A stretch of DNA of 64,000 nt, from contig OY759353.1 of the NCBI GenBank assembly GCA_963662315.1, positions 2,816,001-2,880,000 of the forward strand, written 5' to 3'. The position numbers were made by a program, and so were the translations under genes. Source of the DNA: Geopsychrobacteraceae bacterium. GTDB taxonomy: Bacteria > Desulfobacterota > Desulfuromonadia > Desulfuromonadales > Geopsychrobacteraceae. A model generated the notes under the pieces. It searched no databases. It was not told the origin of the DNA and was given only the letters and a program-made list of their open reading frames with translations. Each line of letters starts with the position of its first letter. Position 1 is the first letter of the stretch. Of the stretch, positions 61,274-64,000 are shown piece by piece.

Positions 61274-61641
61274 AGCAGAGCATTTTGATCATTGAAGACA
61301 ATGAACAAAACATGTACCTGACAACCTTCCTGCTGGAAAAACATGGCTTTGATATTTATCAGGCCCGCTCCGGACCTGCAGGTATTGAAGCCGCCCATGA
61401 GACCCACCCGGATCTGATTCTGCTCGACATTCAGTTGCCCGGAATGGACGGTTACCAGGTTGCCGGCGTTTTAAAAAATGATCCTCAGTTAAAAAATATA
61501 CCAATTATCGCGGTAACATCGTATGCCATGGCTGGTGACCGCGAGAAAATCCTTGCTGCCGGGTGTAATGGCTACATTGAAAAACCGATTGATCCTTATA
61601 ATTTTGTCAATCAGATCAGTACGTTTTTTGCTACATACTGA
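61270..61641 (+). CDS. single-domain response regulator
   Basis: [15 protein letters not shown] and KP motifs. Confidence 0.93.
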   Translation: MKQSILIIEDNEQNMYLTTFLLEKHGFDIYQARSGPAGIEAAHETHPDLILLDIQLPGMDGYQVAGVLKNDPQLKNIPIIAVTSYAMAGDREKILAAGCNGYIEKPIDPYNFVNQISTFFATY

Positions 61642-61652
61642 AGAGGCCCAGG

Positions 61653-63287
61653 ATGATTAGTATTCTCATTGTTGATGATGATCAAAATACTCAGGCTATT
61701 CTTTCGACTCTGCTAACCAGCCAGAATTTTCATGTTTTAAATGCAGCTAATGGCCGAGAGGGGCTGGAGCAGGCCATCCGCCATACTCCAAATCTCATTA
61801 TCTCTGACATCATGATGCCGGAAATGAACGGTTTCCGTTTTTGCCGTGAATTGAAACAGCTGCCTGACCTCGCAGCGATTCCTTTTATTTTTTATTCGGC
61901 AACCTTTATTGAAGATGATGATCAGCGCTTGGCCTTAGGCCTTGGTGCCAACCGTTTTGTTATCAAACCTAAAGATAACCTTCAGTTTTTGGATATTGTT
62001 CAGAATGTTCTCAACGAATATCAACATGGAACACTTCAGCACAAAACCAACCAGGACAGTGAAACCGACCAGATTCTGAGCTTATATGAAAAAAGTATGG
62101 GTCGAAAACTTGAAGAGACGGTTAAACGCCTGCAAAACCAGCAGTGTGCCCTGGCTCTGTCAGAAAAACATCTGAAAGAAGCCCAGGAAATTGCCCTGTT
62201 GGGACATTGGGCATATGCGCTGCAAACCCAGTCAATGCAATGGTCAGATCAGATTTTTCGTATTCTCGGCTGTGCTCCGCAGGCTTTTATCCCGAGCCTG
62301 GAAACTTTTTATAGATATGTCCACACTGATGATCTGCAGAATCTCAGAGCAGCGTTTCGCCGGGCACTTGAAAACAAGATGTCTTTTCAGAAAGAGTTTC
62401 GCCTGCTACGCGAAGGTGGCCCCTGCTTTGCCCATGTGCGAACCCAGGTCCAGTGTGATCAACTCGGCAATGCCATTTACGTCATCGGCACGTTGCAGGA
62501 CATTACCGAACAGAAACTTGCGCTGCTGGAACAAGAACGCCTGCAGAATGAGCTGTTTCAGGTCCAAAAGATGGAATCCCTCGGTCGGTTGGCAAGTGGT
62601 ATTTCCCATGACTTTAACAACTTGTTGGCGGTTATTAACGGACACCTGTTCCAAACACAAAGAAAGCTTGAACAACAGCACCCCGCCATGGCAAATCTCA
62701 AACAGATCGAAGCTGCAACTCTACGGGCCACGGATCTGATTGACAGTATTCTGAGCTACAGCCGATGTGAATTGCCCGAATTAATACCACTGCAAATGGT
62801 CTCCTGCCTTAATAACAATCTGGACTTGCTCAAACCGATACTGCCTGAAGGTGTGATATTGCGTAAGGAACTCGATACTGATGCCGATAGCTTTATGGTT
62901 ATGGCCGACGAAACTCAGCTGCAACAGATTATTCTGAACCTGTGCAAAAATGCCGTGCAGGCCATGGCCGATCACGGCACTCTCACCCTGGGGCTTCGCG
63001 TCAAAAAGCTTCATAAAGGTGAATTTCCAGCCGGAAGCGGATGTTTACCAGGAGTCTATATTGAACTTTTCTGTCATGATAATGGTTGTGGCATATCAAG
63101 CGAGACCCTGGGGAAAATATTTGATCCTTTCTTTACGACCAAAAAGTCGGGGACCGGAATGGGATTGGCGGTTATTCACAATCTGGTTCATGCCCATCAC
63201 GGTTTTATCACCGTCCAGTCAGAGCCTGGAGCAGGAACCACCTTCCATGTGTACTTTCCTCGCTATATCCAGGAGGACGAAGCTTAA
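61653..63287 (+). CDS. hybrid REC-PAS histidine kinase
   Basis: REC N-terminus; HDFNNLL, FDPFFTTK and GTGMGL motifs. Confidence 0.92.
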   Translation: MISILIVDDDQNTQAILSTLLTSQNFHVLNAANGREGLEQAIRHTPNLIISDIMMPEMNGFRFCRELKQLPDLAAIPFIFYSATFIEDDDQRLALGLGANRFVIKPKDNLQFLDIVQNVLNEYQHGTLQHKTNQDSETDQILSLYEKSMGRKLEETVKRLQNQQCALALSEKHLKEAQEIALLGHWAYALQTQSMQWSDQIFRILGCAPQAFIPSLETFYRYVHTDDLQNLRAAFRRALENKMSFQKEFRLLREGGPCFAHVRTQVQCDQLGNAIYVIGTLQDITEQKLALLEQERLQNELFQVQKMESLGRLASGISHDFNNLLAVINGHLFQTQRKLEQQHPAMANLKQIEAATLRATDLIDSILSYSRCELPELIPLQMVSCLNNNLDLLKPILPEGVILRKELDTDADSFMVMADETQLQQIILNLCKNAVQAMADHGTLTLGLRVKKLHKGEFPAGSGCLPGVYIELFCHDNGCGISSETLGKIFDPFFTTKKSGTGMGLAVIHNLVHAHHGFITVQSEPGAGTTFHVYFPRYIQEDEA

Positions 63288-63319
63288 GGCCACGCCTGCG
63301 TTCTCATAGCTACAGACAA

Positions 63320-64000
63320 TTACAATGCCGGAAGAACTGGTGATCCAGAGGCACTGTCATTATGACTGAGGACAGCTTCGTCGCCTGCGCGTGGACTGAC
63401 ATCAGCCAGATTCAGTTCCCCATATGAGAGGTTTTGCTGTAAACCGGCCAGGCTGAACTTGCTGGCGGCATTCCATAGCATCCAGCCCGAGCTGCCACTC
63501 TGATCGCTGGCGTTGATCTGGGCATGGATATCTTCTGCGCGGTAAGAGCGACGATCAAAAGCATAGTCACGAAAGGCCTGTAACCAGGGACGGAACCTGA
63601 CCGGATCCAGGCCACTGAGCTTGACCCCTTTCCGCAGGGAATGAGCTATCACTTCATAATTATGGGCAACCGGAACAGCAAAACCAGGAATACCGTCGGG
63701 AAAGCCCGAGGGATAGAGCATCGGTGATAAATAATCAACATAGTTGCTCATTTCAACCAGACGTTGGCCGATCTTCTGATCCTTCGGTTTCCAGCAGATG
63801 TAACCAAAAATGTTGGCTGCCGTCATCACCGGATACGGAGCCAGCCGCTCCTTGGCCTGGGCCAAAAAGGTATTGATAGCGGATACCCGGTTGTCCCCGC
63901 TATTGGGCTGTGAAAAAAGCAGGTCAGAGCGCGCCGGAAAGCGAATATAGTCGAACTGGATTTCATCAAAACCAAGTACAGCGACTTCCTCAGCCAGGTC
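63320..64000 (-). CDS. putative glycoside hydrolase (DUF4015-like), 5' end outside the window
   Basis: GFDEIQFDYIRFP near the window edge; SPMLYPS, RPWLQAF and GWMLWNA motifs. Confidence 0.75.
   Translation of the reverse strand, partial: DLAEEVAVLGFDEIQFDYIRFPARSDLLFSQPNSGDNRVSAINTFLAQAKERLAPYPVMTAANIFGYICWKPKDQKIGQRLVEMSNYVDYLSPMLYPSGFPDGIPGFAVPVAHNYEVIAHSLRKGVKLSGLDPVRFRPWLQAFRDYAFDRRSYRAEDIHAQINASDQSGSSGWMLWNAASKFSLAGLQQNLSYGELNLADVSPRAGDEAVLSHNDSASGSPVLPAL

Overview
This 64-kb bacterial chromosomal window has gene content suggesting an anaerobic Desulfuromonadales/Desulfobacterota-like organism (inference). It has three parts. (1) 1-19.9 kb: a CarH-type B12/MerR regulator divergent from phasin-like/ABC1-kinase/SRPBCC genes. 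Next comes a minus-strand sigma54-controlled catabolic cluster: enhancer-binding protein, acyl-CoA ligase, Cys-rich protein, family III CoA-transferase, frameshifted OprD-like porin, cytoplasmic molybdopterin oxidoreductase plus Fe-S subunit, and an OFA-type MFS. (2) 20-42 kb: a complete integron (intI, attI, about 16 attC sites or remnants) that decays distally and is heavily parasitised at attC R'' boxes. The parasites are an IS110/IS1111-type element (one full copy, one transposase-less mini copy, two end remnants) and a class C attC-targeting group II intron (one full copy nested 2 nt inside another, plus three remnant loci). An IS3 interrupts one cassette gene, and tandem ~420-450-bp structured repeats lie within or directly after intron remnants. 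(3) 42-64 kb: ordinary metabolic, transport and signalling genes. The most notable signal is the 520-bp non-coding end of the IS110 element. It consists of two homologous modules: one carries an 8-nt match to the attC insertion flank, the other an 8-nt match to the element's own circle junction. This suggests a bipartite bridge/seek-RNA-like guide aimed at attC. The mini-element keeps only the donor module. The second cassette of the array is ORF-less and contains a perfect 20-bp hairpin. All annotations come from reading the sequence; no database searches or folding programs were run.
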